From NCBI RefSeq assembly GCF_006345805.1, contig NC_043000.1, forward strand, positions 102,858,001-102,922,000: a stretch of DNA of 64,000 nt, written 5' to 3'. Below are positions 12,205-24,353 of the stretch, in pieces. The position numbers were made by a program, and so were the translations under genes. Under the pieces are notes generated by a model. The model saw only the letters and a list, made by a program, of their open reading frames with translations. It searched no databases and was not told where the DNA came from. Numbering within the stretch: position 1 is the first letter of the stretch; every line of letters starts with the position of its first letter. This stretch comes from Octopus sinensis. Lineage: Eukaryota.

Positions 12205-12637
12205 TTAACCCTTTCACTGCCAAAATCAGTTTTTCTTTTTTATACCCGTCTATCTTTTGTTAGGGAATGTCATCTTTGAGGCTAATGTTGTTGAGATATC
12301 TCAAGTTTACTGAGGCAATGTGACTTACAGAAAATACCAATTTTATTTTTTGGTAGATATTACTAGAATCATCATCATCATCGTTTAATGTCCGCTTTCC
12401 ATGCTGGCATGGGTTGGACGGTTTGACTGAGGACTGGAGAGCTATATGGCTGCACCAGGCTCCAATCTGATCTGGCAGAGTTTCTACAGCTGGATGGCCT
12501 TCCTAATGCCAACTATTCCAAGAGTGTAGTGGGTGCTTTTACATGTCACCAGCACGAGGGCCAGTCAGGTGGTACTGGTGACGGTCACACTCAAATGGTA
12601 CTTTTAATGAAATTTAATTTTGCAGTTAACAGGTTAA
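12205..12637. mobile_element. TTAA-flanked (piggyBac-type) MITE with a SINE nested inside
   Basis: TTAA-CCCTTTCACTG...CAGTTAACAGG-TTAA. An uninterrupted relative lies at about 3240-3465 and ends CACAGTGAAAGGG-TTAA. Confidence 0.65.
12368..12600 (-). mobile_element. SINE 3' part with RTE-like tail ending (TGA)n, a very abundant family here
   Basis: Contains ...CATCCAGCTGTAGAAA...GTCAAACCGTCCAACCCATGCCAGCATGGAAAGCGGACATTAAACGATGATGATG on the minus strand. Further copies lie at about 720-900, 1200-1470, 3950-4185, 4277-4500, 7780-7900, 10340-10670, 14380-14510, 18970-19095, 27800-27860, 36470-36570, 37970-38200, 40100-40210, 41990-42120, 43975-44190 and 45390-45650. Confidence 0.8.
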
Positions 12638-13017
12638 GGAAGAGAGAGACTTAGAATACATTTGCAATATTTAACCCTTTTAGGGTGGCAAGCTAGCAGA
12701 ATTGTTAGCATGCCTGGCAAAATGCTTAGCAGTATTTCATCTGAGTTCAAATTCTGCTGAGGTTGATGTAATCAACATGTCAAAATTCTAAACTAAGATT
12801 TACCCTTTTAATATCAGTACACATGAAACTGTCCCTGATCACAAACATCTTGTTTTAAAGTGTCTTAGGCCAAAACCTTCCATCAAAATTTTGTGTGTAT
12901 CTGTTCCAAACACTAGTTTATTAATGACAAAATTATTTCCTAAATTCATCAATAATTTCAAAATTAATTGAAATAATGGCAGTATATTTGAACAGTAATA
13001 ATAATAACAATAATGAT

Positions 13018-13260
13018 AATCCTTTCTACTAAAGGCACAAGGCTTGAAATTCTGGGGGAGGAGACAAGTCAATTACATCGACCCCCCCCCCCCAGTGTTT
13101 CACTGGTACTTAATTTATCAATCCTTATTATTTTATCAACCTTATGTAGATGAAGGGCAAAGTCAACCGTGGCAGAATTTGAAAGTAGAATGTAAAGAGC
13201 TCAAAGAAATACTACTAAGCATTTTGTCTGGCATGGTATTGACTCTGCCAACTTGCTGCC
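13018..13260 (-). mobile_element. tRNA-derived SINE, Nin-domain-like family
   Basis: Same family as 20473-20703, inverted relative to a partial copy at about 12680-12790. Confidence 0.8.
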
Positions 13261-13402
13261 TTTATAATAAAAATAATAATAATAATAATAATAACAACAA
13301 CAATCTTGTTTATTAACAATATTGAAGTTATAAACTATAAATTGAAAAGAAACATTTATGATTTCAGTCACGAGTTTACCTATCAATGAATCTTCACTGA
13401 AT

Positions 13403-13440
<38 letters not shown>

Positions 13441-14131
13441 TATGTGTATATACATATTTGCTGTGAGTCATCTGCAGTAGTATCATATACAGTCTGCCAA
13501 GTTAAGACATTGTGAGTAACTGCAAAAGAATTATCACCTACTGCAATCACAGAGAAACAAATAGACCAACCAGGTTAATAAACTACAAAAACAATATAAC
13601 TGGAGTAGGCTATTTCTAACTTTGTAAACATTGAATATAACAGATGTTGCACCAGATGGAAATTCTTCTTATAATCTGTATACAAGATATTTCTTTGAGA
13701 TAAAAAGAAAGCAGCCCTAAAAAGACTGGGCCAACGCTATGGTTCTGGAATTATAAAGATGCATTTGTATGCACAGACATATATATGTGTGTGTGTACGT
13801 GTACACAAATACATATTTTATTTAAAACCATACAAAGAATCAAAATACCTTATTCTAATAGCAATAGGTTTTTATTGCTTTTATATACTAACATTTAAAG
13901 AGTGTCCTTAATATAAGTTTATTACAAGAGCTCAAGTGAGCAGTGTGTATATGTATGCATGTGTGTTGTTGTAACTGCATGTGATAACATGTCGAGTGTT
14001 ATGTGCAGTGGAGTAGATAGATAAAGATGTTTATATAAAAGGAAGTATGTAAAGAAATGCTTATAAAATTTTTAAAAGAGCATAAAAAGAAACTTACAAT
14101 GGAAGTGAGAGGAATCAATTTAAATTTAACC

Positions 14132-14201
<70 letters not shown>

Positions 14202-15140
14202 GATACATTTTATTTCTTTTCTGAGATTTAATAAAGAATAAGAGTAGAAAGTTGGTGATTGATAAATGCTTTATTAGTTCAAGGACAAGAACTGGACTGC
14301 ATGGTCTCAAGTTCAAATCTTCTGTACTCATGAGCAAGGCACCATAACATTCCTGACTGAGATTACAACACAAGTTGCATTAGGAAAGGCATCCAGCTGT
14401 AGAAACCATTTCAAAACAGATGACCGGAGCCTGGGGCAGTCCTCCAGCTTGCCAGCTGCTGTCAAACTGTCCAAACTATGCCTGGAAAACAGATATTAAA
14501 TGATGATGATTGTTTTGAATTAGTCATGCATATCTTGTAGCTTTGAGATTTCAATGATGTGATTTGATAATTTTTAAAATGACAGATATGGCCAGTTTAA
14601 ATGCTGAAGGGTGGAATAGAATTCACAGGTTTTGGTCCAAAATAGTTTGATTATAAAATAAAGGCCACACAAATACTACATTGCCCACCCACCCCCACCT
14701 GAAGAAATTGATAAGTCATTCTATTTAGGTGATAATGGTTGTGGTGGATGATGATGAAGAAGAGTGTGAGGATGGTATGTGGGTATGTGTTTGAGTTCTT
14801 GTTTGCTAGATAAGCTGTCTTGATTGTATAATAATGGATGTCATATTGTTGAACAAAGAATACCAGTGATTTAATCTACTTTACGTTTCTTCCAACAGCA
14901 TCTGTGCCAATTTTGTTTATAGTAATGGCGAAACAGTTGCATCACTACAGCTGTTGCACGATATTCTCTCCATCACTGCCACCACCACCACCAACACCAT
15001 TATCATTATCAAGTTCCAGTACAGAGTTTGGTTTAGCTAAACAGCTGGAAGTGATTTGGACAAAGATGATGCATGAGTGCTCAGCACAAGCAGAAAACAC
15101 CTTGATTAAAAGATAAGAAACGAATGACTTCCAGTAGAAC

Positions 15141-15204
15141 CTACTTTAGAAAGCAGTGTTGGGCAGCTACAGAAGTGGCTGCCCAACACTGCTTTCTGAA
15201 GTAG
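15141..15204. other. 30-bp near-perfect hairpin with a 4-nt loop
   Basis: CTACTTTAGAAAGCAGTGTTGGGCAGCTAC-agaa-GTGGCTGCCCAACACTGCTTTCTGAAGTAG, giving 28/30 Watson-Crick pairs. Confidence 0.95.
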
Positions 15205-15306
15205 ATTATGTAAGATCTTACACAATGGAATAAATGGTAGGACCAGACTGACAAAAGATGGCAAATGCCTGAGGCCAAGAGTTCATTGAAGTTTGGCCAT
15301 CATCAT

Positions 15307-15353
<47 letters not shown>

Positions 15354-15427
15354 TAATTAAAAGATCAGACCAAATTAGAAATAAAATTAATTTGGGGTCC
15401 AACATCAATTAATAATTAATTATCTGT

Positions 15428-15656
15428 TTAACCCTTTAGCATTTAAACCGGCCATATCCGGCCAAAAGTATTCTGCCTGTTTTATGTTCAAACTGGCCAG
15501 GTCTGGTTTCTCACACCAACCCTACAATATCGTTTTAAAAATTAACAGCTACCTCATCAAAATCTCATAGCTACAAGGTAATGCATGATTAATTCAAAAC
15601 AATGTAGATGAAGAAGCATTAATTTTGGCAGAATAATGCGAACACTAAAGGGTTAA
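15428..15656. mobile_element. piggyBac-type MITE with TTAA TSD, the best-preserved copy of its family
   Basis: TTAA|CCCTTTAGCATT...AACACTAAAGGG|TTAA. Other copies lie at about 990-1125, 14510-14612, 47970-48200, 53470-53697, 54117-54279 and 59290-59490. Confidence 0.85.
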
Positions 15657-16334
15657 AGTTAAAATAAACATGACAGATCAAGGAATGTGGAACAGCTCAG
15701 TATGTCTTTATGTCTCCTTACAAATGATTATCATTTTGTCTGCAAGGCACAGAATCTCTAAAATGTGACCCAGTCATCTAATCGAAGGTGTTTGTTCTCT
15801 AGTCTCTTCATCAACTTCAGAGCATGTTGAGTCCAAAATGCTGTTTTAAACCATGTACACATATAGAACAGCAGTTTTTATTTGGTCAGTATCTTAACTG
15901 TTTCTTAAATTCTCAATATTAGAAAGTGAATACATTTGTCATCTAATATTGAGTATTATTTCTCAAATATTGATCATAAATAACATAGAGACCATCTTGG
16001 TGGTGGTGGGGGGGAGATGAGAGAGAAAGAGTACTTCTGTTTTCAACAGAACAGCTAATTCTAAAATTTTTTATTTTTAAATCTAGATAACTTTTCAAAT
16101 TCAATAAAATCGGGTCAATATATGTGTGTGTTTGCGTGTGTGTATATATATATATATATAAAATTTAATATTATTAAAGCTGCAAAAACATTACAAAAGT
16201 GTCACAAAAAACTGCTACTCAGTTTCATGTTCCTGTTCGGCAGACAAGGTGGAGAAACACAGATACACGCACACAAATATATATATATATATATGATGAT
16301 GATGATGATGATGATGATATATATATATATATAT

Positions 16335-16500
16335 AAAAGGCTTCTTTCAGTGCCTGTCTACCAAATCCACTCACAAGGCTTAGGTCAGCCTGATACTATA
16401 GTAGAAGACACTTGCCCAAAGTACCACACAGTGGGCCTGAACCTGGAAGCTTGTGATTGGGATACAAGCTTCTTACCATACAGCCACACCTGTGCCTATT
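16335..16500 (-). mobile_element. tRNA-derived CORE-like SINE (5' half)
   Basis: Minus strand shows A-box GTGGCTGTATGG, B-box GGTTCAGGCCC and CORE-like TTGGGCAAGTGTCTTCTACTATAG. Confidence 0.8.
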
Positions 16501-16504
16501 TTAT

Positions 16505-16535
<31 letters not shown>

Positions 16536-19254
16536 GCTGATAGTTGTTATAGTCAGAAGATTGACTTCATTTAAACCCATATCAGTCGGCCTTAATCACT
16601 TGCGAAAGCAGACTGTGCCTAAATATGTTCTAACAACAATTATTCCACTCACCTTTCAAGTATTATGTACACCAGACTATATTAACCAAGGTGTCATTTT
16701 TAAGATACTGGGGAGTGTTTGAATGAGATTTGGCTTCTCTTTCTAGCAAATACAATAACCGTGTAGGCACTTCACCACTTGCTCATGACCAGTTAGTTCT
16801 TATTGTGTACTTAAGGTTCATTTGGAGCTAGTTGAGTTTGGCTAAAAGCAATAGGAATAATTATGTAAAAGAAAATAGTATGGAATAATGTGATAGAAAA
16901 AAAAAATCTTAATGAGTTAACGTGAGCTGGGCTGAGTGTTTCATTTGTTAGTACAGTTGTTGTTAACTTCCAGCTACTGTTATTACATGTGCATGTTTAT
17001 ATTATACATTTTCTGTGCGTAAAATGTATCTATATATAACCTCATTATGTGTTTTCACCTGTTACTAACATCACACCTACATATGAGCAGAACAATCCAG
17101 CTATAAATATTCACTTTATTGTGTTTGAAACAAACACTATAAAGTTAATTGAATCTTATTTCAAGTAATTATCCATGAAGTCGAAAATACCACCTTCAGT
17201 TTCACATGGCAAAAAGCTGGACTCTTAATAAGCAATCTTATTTGCCAAAAAAAAAAAAAAAAACATTAAATATTTTTAGTTCAGATAACTAAAAAAATAA
17301 GCAATATGTGAAAAAATATATATTTAGAAAATAAAAACTGGTCTTAAGAATGGGTAGTATGAGAGAAAAATTAGGAAAATACAGTCACCAATACGTCACT
17401 ATTTTGTAATATTCCAATATTTAACAAACTTACTTAGAAAACTGAGGTTTTAATGTATTTCTTAAATTGGCAAATTATTTCCAGATATCTTCCAATACAG
17501 GCAATTAAGTCTAATTGACCAGTCTTATGGGTGGAAATCAATTGTCAGAAACTACACAAAAACTGTGTATATACACACATACACATACAAATTTAGTCAT
17601 TTGGTAATATAAGCATCAGATGGAAATAAAGGCCAGAGTTGGTTTGATGAACTTAGTAAACCCTTGAAAGCAAGTACCCCAGCATTGGCCACAACCAGTA
17701 AGAGAGAAATACATAAATGAATAAATAAAAATCACCATATCTATTTTTAAGCCTTTAAATATTTTTCGAAACACAACAATAACTAAACATACTTTCTCAT
17801 GACCTCAGTGTAGTTTCAATCCCGTTTGAGAAGTATGTAACAATTGCTAAAACATGTTCTGAATTTTGAGAGAAAAATCCAATATTTTATAATAGCTTAA
17901 CAGAAGTATATTTACACGATAAGAATGAGCTACTGTTGTGGGCTTGAATTTAATGGTAGCTGTGGGATTATAGAGGCCACAAAATATTTAAAATGAAGTA
18001 GTATGCATAGTAGGCATATACAAACAAATGTTATTTGGATTAAATATATAAGTAGGAGTACTTAGTTGACCATCATAAACTATGTCAATGAAAACTAGAT
18101 ATAAAAACTTAAAATGGAATTGCAAGTAGTAAATCAACATAAGCAGTATTTATTCAAAGGATATATTAGAAGTAAAGTTACAAGATAAACTGCCAACGAC
18201 ATATTTGAAGAAAGCAGTAATGAATTTAACTCTTTTGATTTTGAGCATATTCCTGTTGAAATGCTCTGCCATTGTTTCAATTAATTTTGAAAATAATAAA
18301 TAATTAAGTAAAATAACTTTGTCCTTATTTTGCTGGAACATAGATTAAAGTTTAAATCTAGATCACTTAAACACTTTTGTTACCATATTTTTGTTGAGAT
18401 TTTCTTGTGTTTGTTGTATTCATGAATGGTCATTTTGCCAGTTTAGCCAATAAAAACACATGCACTATATATTTCGTGTTACTTTGCTTCAGCGTTATTT
18501 ATTTTTTTACATTAATCTTAATCTTATTTCGGCATGAGTTCTTTCGTCACACTCATGTGACCTCATCAGTGGTCCTTTGCTTTATTCTTTCTTATTTGCG
18601 TGTCTCTCCTTACTAACAGTCAGCCATTTTATATTTTGCAGTTAAATTCTTGTGTTTATTTTAATTAATTTGAAATAAAATAAAGAATTTAGTAAAATAA
18701 CTTTGTTATTATTAAGCCAGTGTTAATAACATAAATTAGGCTAGGCTGTTTGATTATATCGACCTCACTGATACTTATTTCAGAGACCCCAAAAGGATGA
18801 AAGGCGACTTTCATTCAAGGGTGGAACTTTAGCTCAGAAGACAGAGATGAAATGTCACTAAGCACTTTTGTCCAGTGTGCTAACAGTCCTGCCAGCTTGC
18901 CTAACATAAATAACAATGATCATCATTGTCGTTATCATCGCCACTGCCACCACCACCACCACCACCATCTTCATTTAATGTCCATTTTCCATACTGGCAT
19001 GGGTTGGATGGTTTGACAGGGGACTGGCAAGCCTGTAGACTGTGCCAGGCTCCAATCTGATATGGCAGGGTTTCTACAGCTGGATGCCCTTCCTAGTCTT
19101 CGATATATATATGAATACAATATAAAGGACATGATGTCCTTTACATTGTATCAAAATTTCATACATTTATTTGTAAAGTTAAGGAAGTTATTAAAAACTG
19201 AAACCCATCAGTGACTTTTGGGACACCCTGTGTATGTATGTATATGTATATATG

Positions 19255-19433
19255 GGGAGAGTTTACAAAAAAAACAACAAAAGACGAAGACAGGTGGTGT
19301 ACAAAACAAACAGATGTATTAGTATAACACTCAGGAATAGATAAAAGCCTTTTACGTTTCGAGCCAATGCTCTTCTACAGAAAGGGACACAGAAAACAAG
19401 GAGAAAAAAATGTGTGTAGTGGCTAACGTCTCA

Positions 19434-19434
<1 letters not shown>
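19255..19434 (-). mobile_element. Short microsatellite-flanked Penelope-type (pLTR-like) element containing a hammerhead fold
   Basis: Homologous to 24830-25000 on the opposite strand, flanked by (TA)n, and contains the hammerhead motif at 19348-19385. Confidence 0.6.
19348..19385 (-). ncRNA. Minimal type-I hammerhead ribozyme-like motif with a variant core
   Basis: CCUUU-CUGUAGA-A-GAGC(auug)GCUC-GAA-ACGU-A-AAAGG. Stem I is 5 bp, stem II is 4 bp, stem III is the palindrome ACGU and the cleavage triplet is GUA. The core has U where A6 is canonical. Confidence 0.7.
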
Positions 19435-19482
<48 letters not shown>

Positions 19483-19577
19483 TAATAATAAAATTGACAA
19501 CAAAAGAATGAGACCTCGATATTAGGTAAATAGAGGATTATTACATATGTAGTTTAGGACAATCAGTAAGTTGTCAT

Positions 19578-19638
19578 AATAGTACTTGGAGTTTCAAATG
19601 CCGGAGCTAAGAGCTACAATGCATTCTCATTGGCTATT
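19578..19638 (-). ncRNA. Decayed type-I hammerhead ribozyme-like motif (second family)
   Basis: AAUAG-CCAAUGA-GAAUGC(19 nt)GCAUUU-GAA-ACU(cca)AGU-A-CUAUU. All three stems and the GUA triplet are present, but the core is mutated from CUGAUGA. It lies in an element (about 19490-19650) homologous to 51930-52100. Confidence 0.6.
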
Positions 19639-20472
19639 AATAGGTAGGAAAAAATATAAAATATAACAAATACAAACAACCATATTCTCACAACACGTAG
19701 ACATAAAACCTCCTGCATTCATAATGTCAACATATGTACATACTCACACAAACATGTATATGTATATGCACATCCACACACAAATTTATATGTGTATGTA
19801 CACACTAATACATATACACATATTCACACACACATGCATATATATACTGAGAGATATAGATAGAGATAGAGACACACACCCTCACACACAAACATGTGCA
19901 CTTTACTTTTCACTTGTACTGTGATTTTCTATAAGAAGCACTGTTTGCACTTTTGTTGGTCTGATGCTCTGCTGTAGTGACAAGGCAAAATTCTAAAAAT
20001 ATTTACCAAAAGAATGGCAAAATAAAAACAACATTGAACATAATTGTTTTGTAATGTTCTATAGTTACCAATGATCTCACAGGTACCAAACCACTGAATC
20101 TACGGAACAATACAAAACTGTACTCAATGATCCCCTGAGCCAAGGGTTTGGTTTCAAAATCGTTTTATAGGTCAGAATTGTTGTCATAGGTTGAGATTTT
20201 GTCAATATTTACAAAATGTTCTTATATATAAAGATATTTGATTTCTTTGAGTAAGTACAATATTTGAAATTCCACAGATTCAAGGAAAGCCTCTTATGTT
20301 TCCAGGATTGAATCATTTTGTAATAATCATTTAAGTTTATTATTATTATCGTTATTTCCCCACCCACATCCTTTATGTAAATCCCTACGCAAATTGATCT
20401 GTCCATGTGATATCAGTCCTCATGTATGCCCCTGTGGCTAATGAAAGAAATCATAATAATAATAAAATATAT

Positions 20473-20703
20473 ATTTCTTTACTACCCACAAGGGGCTATA
20501 AACATAGAGGGGACAAACAAGGACAGACAAAGGGATTAAGTTGATTACATCGACCCCAGTGCGAAACTGGTACTTTATTTATCGACCCTGAAAGGATGAA
20601 AGACAAAGTCAACCTCGGCGGAATTCGAACTCAGAACGTAATGACAGACGAAATACCGCTAAGCATTTCGCCCTCGCGCTAACATTTCTGCCAGCTCGCC
20701 GCC
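20473..20703 (-). mobile_element. tRNA-derived SINE, Nin-domain-like family, full-length and CpG-rich (young)
   Basis: Minus strand reads GGCGGCGAGCTGGCAGAAATGTTAG..., B-box GAGTTCGAATTCC, GTCTTTCATCCTTTCAGGGTCGATAAATAAAGTACCAG and tail ...CCCCTTGTGGGTAGTAAAGAAAT. Other copies lie at about 18745-18900, 29640-30000, 30200-30330, 35175-35340, 38400-38630, 41205-41415, 58550-58740, 63225-63440 and 63555-63700. Confidence 0.9.
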
Positions 20704-21593
20704 TTCTATAATATTATTATTATTAACCTTACTCATGTTAACAATATGATAGGTAAAAGGACAAACTATCAAAATTAATACAATTTTGATACCAACTAAT
20801 TCTTCCAGTCAACTTCTAATTTTCTTTTCCTGAACAATTTTTTTTTAATTAAGGAAACTTAGTTTTTACATACACATACACACATAGTAAATACAGAAAC
20901 CAGTTTCAATCATTACGTCCTAAGCTAAAAAGGAAGGAAGGAAAGAAGAAAATGAACAGCCAATTCTGTTAACTACTAAAATAGAATATATAGGAAATTC
21001 ATGTGGATGTAAAATCATTAGAAATTATTGGAATTTGGAGTGAGTTGACAGAAATGGTACAGTAACAGAAGCTAAATGTCTTACAGTACTTAGTTTCCAC
21101 AGCCTCTTTCTTCCCGGTTTTGAGTTCAAATTACATGGGGCTTTTGGTTCATTCCCCTTTAAACTTTCTGGAATCAATAATCCTTTGCTTTTATAAAGGT
21201 AATTCTTCAAATCAGTTAATAGGTTTCTAGTAGCCTCTAGAAGTTCATAAAAAGCAGTTTTCATCTTTAATTTCATAATAGACTACCTGTGGTCCATTGG
21301 GTCACCTGGAATGTCTGAGTTTCACAGCAATGGATTTCTTTGTCATAGTTTTTCTCCCCTTTCCAGGTTATTTCGCATGCGTTCAATGAATATGACATTG
21401 AAATCACGCGTAAATGGCTCTTTTCCACAGAAAAGGAAAGATTGGGCTGCTATTTCTTGCATGCCATGCTACCATGTAACAAGTATTTCAAGTCCTTTAT
21501 CGCAAATAGCTGTTACGTGGTAGCAGGGCGTGCTAGAAATAGCAGCCAAATCTTTGGAGCTAAGATATGTTGAATGCACTCGAAAAGTTTTGG

Positions 21594-21729
21594 GATGATC
21601 GTTTGCTTTGTTCATAGAACTGTCATCCGGATCAGCTGGTTTTGCTTGTTAATTTCCGTAAATTTTTTTTACATATTTACTTTTGTTTTAAAGTGAAAGA
21701 TGTATGATGAATATGTATGTGAAATGGAC

Positions 21730-21772
<43 letters not shown>

Positions 21773-22058
21773 GAAAGAGAGAGTGCTACTTACACATATA
21801 TGAGAACACACATGTTCACTCACTCTGTCTCTCTTATGCACACATGCACATGTACATACAAAAAAGGTGGATGCATATGTATCGATGTATGTACGTATAT
21901 ACAACATACTCCTTCACTCGCTCTCTCTCTCTCTCTCTCTTTCAAACACACATGTCCATTTCATATACACGCACATACATCTTTCACTTTTAAACTTAAG
22001 TAAATGAATAAAAATGTTTTATAGATGACAGTTCTCAGAGTCAAAACGAAAGATCGTC
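21594..22058. mobile_element. Fold-back element with 150-200-bp inverted arms that include mirrored microsatellites
   Basis: Left gatgatcgtttg...agaactgtcatc...aaagtgaaagatgtatg...tgaaatggacgtgtg(GT)n(GA)n is mirrored by (CT)n...cacatgtccatttca...catacatctttcacttt...gatgacagttct...gatcgtc. Confidence 0.75.
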
Positions 22059-23842
22059 ATTCACTTGAAAATAATTGAAAAAAAAAAAACATCAAAGTAT
22101 TGTCTGTTTAAAGAAAGCTAAAATATAAATACTTATAAAATACAAACAATTTACATTTTTGAAATCACATTCAGTTAAAAATATTTCTAAATGATTAAAA
22201 TATTGTGCATGTCAAAAAGTCAACATTTATTTTTCTTAGAGAGCGCAAAGACCATGTGTGTATATGTCACAGATAGTGGATGTGTGTTTGGGTTGATTGA
22301 CCCACCATGACATGCATTATACGTATGTGTATTCTGTATGTATGTTGACGTCACAGAAGCCATATTATTTTTTCGTCAAGAAATAAAAATAAAAATTGTG
22401 TTTAATCGTTTTCATTAATAAGCAGAGGTCCAAATATCACAAAAATTTGTACTGCACTGCTGAAGGTATGAAAATAAATATTAAAAAAAAATTAAGATAA
22501 AATATACTATTTCTGAGATATTTCGGGTACACACAAACACCTCTAGAGTTTTAGTATTATTAAGATATGTTGTTGTTGCCTAGCAAAGAAAGCAGGCCAG
22601 CACTAACCTAGCAGAATTATGAAACAATAATCATCCTAAAATTTCTTTCAAGTCATATGAATCCAGGATTTTATGTAAAGGGCCATTTCCCTTTTAATAG
22701 GGTAAGGTGTAATTTGAGGGAAATGTGGTTACTGTTTCTAGAATCTATAGTGACCACATAGATGCTTATCTAAATTGTCACTTGAACTACATTTCTTGGA
22801 GGCTTTTATCAAAACTTTTCCTTTAACTGCTTCCTAAGAGTATTACTGAGATGTTTCATTTGGAGTAAATTCTTACCCCTAAACTTTGTAAGTTTCCCTC
22901 CAAAAATGTCCTAAAGTTTTATTTTCTTCATCTTTTCATCATGCTCAAATGTCACTTTCAGTATGTGGGTGTTTTAAAGGCCTAGTTTTGGATCTATTGG
23001 TGAGTATTTTGGCATATTCAGTAACTAGTAGCCATGGATTAGTACTTTCTACTGACTCTGAAAGAATGAAAGGTTTTGGGACTTTCCTGAACTTTCAATA
23101 ACAAAGGCGCATGTGCACACACACACACGAGCAGTGAAGAAAGAAACAAAAGTGAGTATTGGGGAATATATTTGCTTGCAGGGTGTTGTTAACAAGCAAC
23201 AAAGACATATCTGATACTTCATAATAATGAAGGTAAGTTGTCCAGCGGTTACAGAGTTCAGTTCATAATCACAAGATCATGGGTTCAATTCCTGGATGAG
23301 GCAACACACTTTATTTGCTGTTGCTCTAGGCTGCTCAGCTGTAATAAGCACCAGCTGGGAGCAAATGCAGCATCCCTGCCCTTTCTTTCTTCAGTTGTTA
23401 TACCCTGGATCTTCTATTGGGTTAAAAAGTGTGCACACCGAGAGGGTGTGTGTGTCTGCTTGTTACTACATAGACACTTAAAACAATTAGTGAAACAATG
23501 ATGCAGTTACCAAGTCATACCAATGCACAAAGGATAACTGGCTGTCTCTATAATAAGCACACCGTTAGTGATACAAAATTGTTCAAAGACTAGATTCTGT
23601 CTAGTGGCATTTAAACACTTAACTAACCATTTTTTTACCACATGCCACTGAAATACACTTCCTTAATTAACCTATTTCTTAACACATTTCTGTTGAAACA
23701 TACTGTCTCTTGTTTCAAGTCAAGAATTTATTAAAATAACTTTTATCATTATTTAGATGGTATCTGGAACATAAATTTGCATGAAATCTTGATGGATGAT
23801 ATTAATTAAGGTAATTTTAAAAATGCTGTTTATATTAGTTAA

Positions 23843-24054
23843 ACTGGTGTCCTCATCTTAATTATTGCTTTCGTTATGTTGCAGCTGTGGTATGTTCCAG
23901 CCTTCTTTAAATGTCCTGTATTGAACTTGATTCTTGTATCAGAAGAAACCTGAAGGAAGCTGGAGCATATAACAACCAAAATGTAGTGAAAGCAACAATC
24001 TAGTCGAGGACACTAGTACATATAGTATAAATTCCTCATTTCAGAAATATAGAA
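23843..24054. mobile_element. Fold-back element with hammerhead-like remnants in both arms plus a one-sided tail
   Basis: Arms actggtgtcctc...gttccagccttcttta and ctgaaggaagctggagc...gaggacactagt. Their consensus gives CTGAAGA-A-GGCTG-loop-CAGCC-GAAAC-GT. Confidence 0.6.
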
Positions 24055-24141
24055 TTGTAGGAAGTTTGCATCGAAGAACCAGAAGCTGTCTCAGACAGGT
24101 TGGTAAAAAAAAATTAAAAAAAAAAAAAAAAAAATTCTTAC

Positions 24142-24176
24142 TCAAATCTTCGCCATGTATTCTTTTTATAATTTCA
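24142..24176 (-). CDS. Candidate 35-nt microexon (phase 2 to 1, xEIIKRIHGEDL)
   Basis: cactaattatgctgataaccactgccctcctcAG|TGAAATTATAAAAAGAATACATGGCGAAGATTTGA|GTAAGA. It has a branch-point-like CTAAT and a single open frame with a protein-like peptide. Confidence 0.45.
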
Positions 24177-24353
24177 CTGAGGAGGGCAGTGGTTATCAGC
24201 ATAATTAGTGCATCGGATAAAAAGCTTATAGTATTTAATTACTGCTCTTTAGAGTCTGGATTCAAATGCAGTATACATCAACTGTGTAACAATCAAATAT
24301 GAGAGAGAGGGAGTGACATAGTTGTTATCTTCAAATTTCTAGCTTTGTTCATA

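Noticed and set aside
15141-15204. Pre-miRNA call for the hairpin
   Set aside because: A 4-nt loop, no internal bulges and little basal stem are atypical of Drosha substrates. It is kept only as a structural finding.
16653-16676. 24-nt exon-like segment with an AAG|GTGAGT donor on the minus strand
   Set aside because: It lies inside a decayed interspersed repeat and lacks a polypyrimidine tract.
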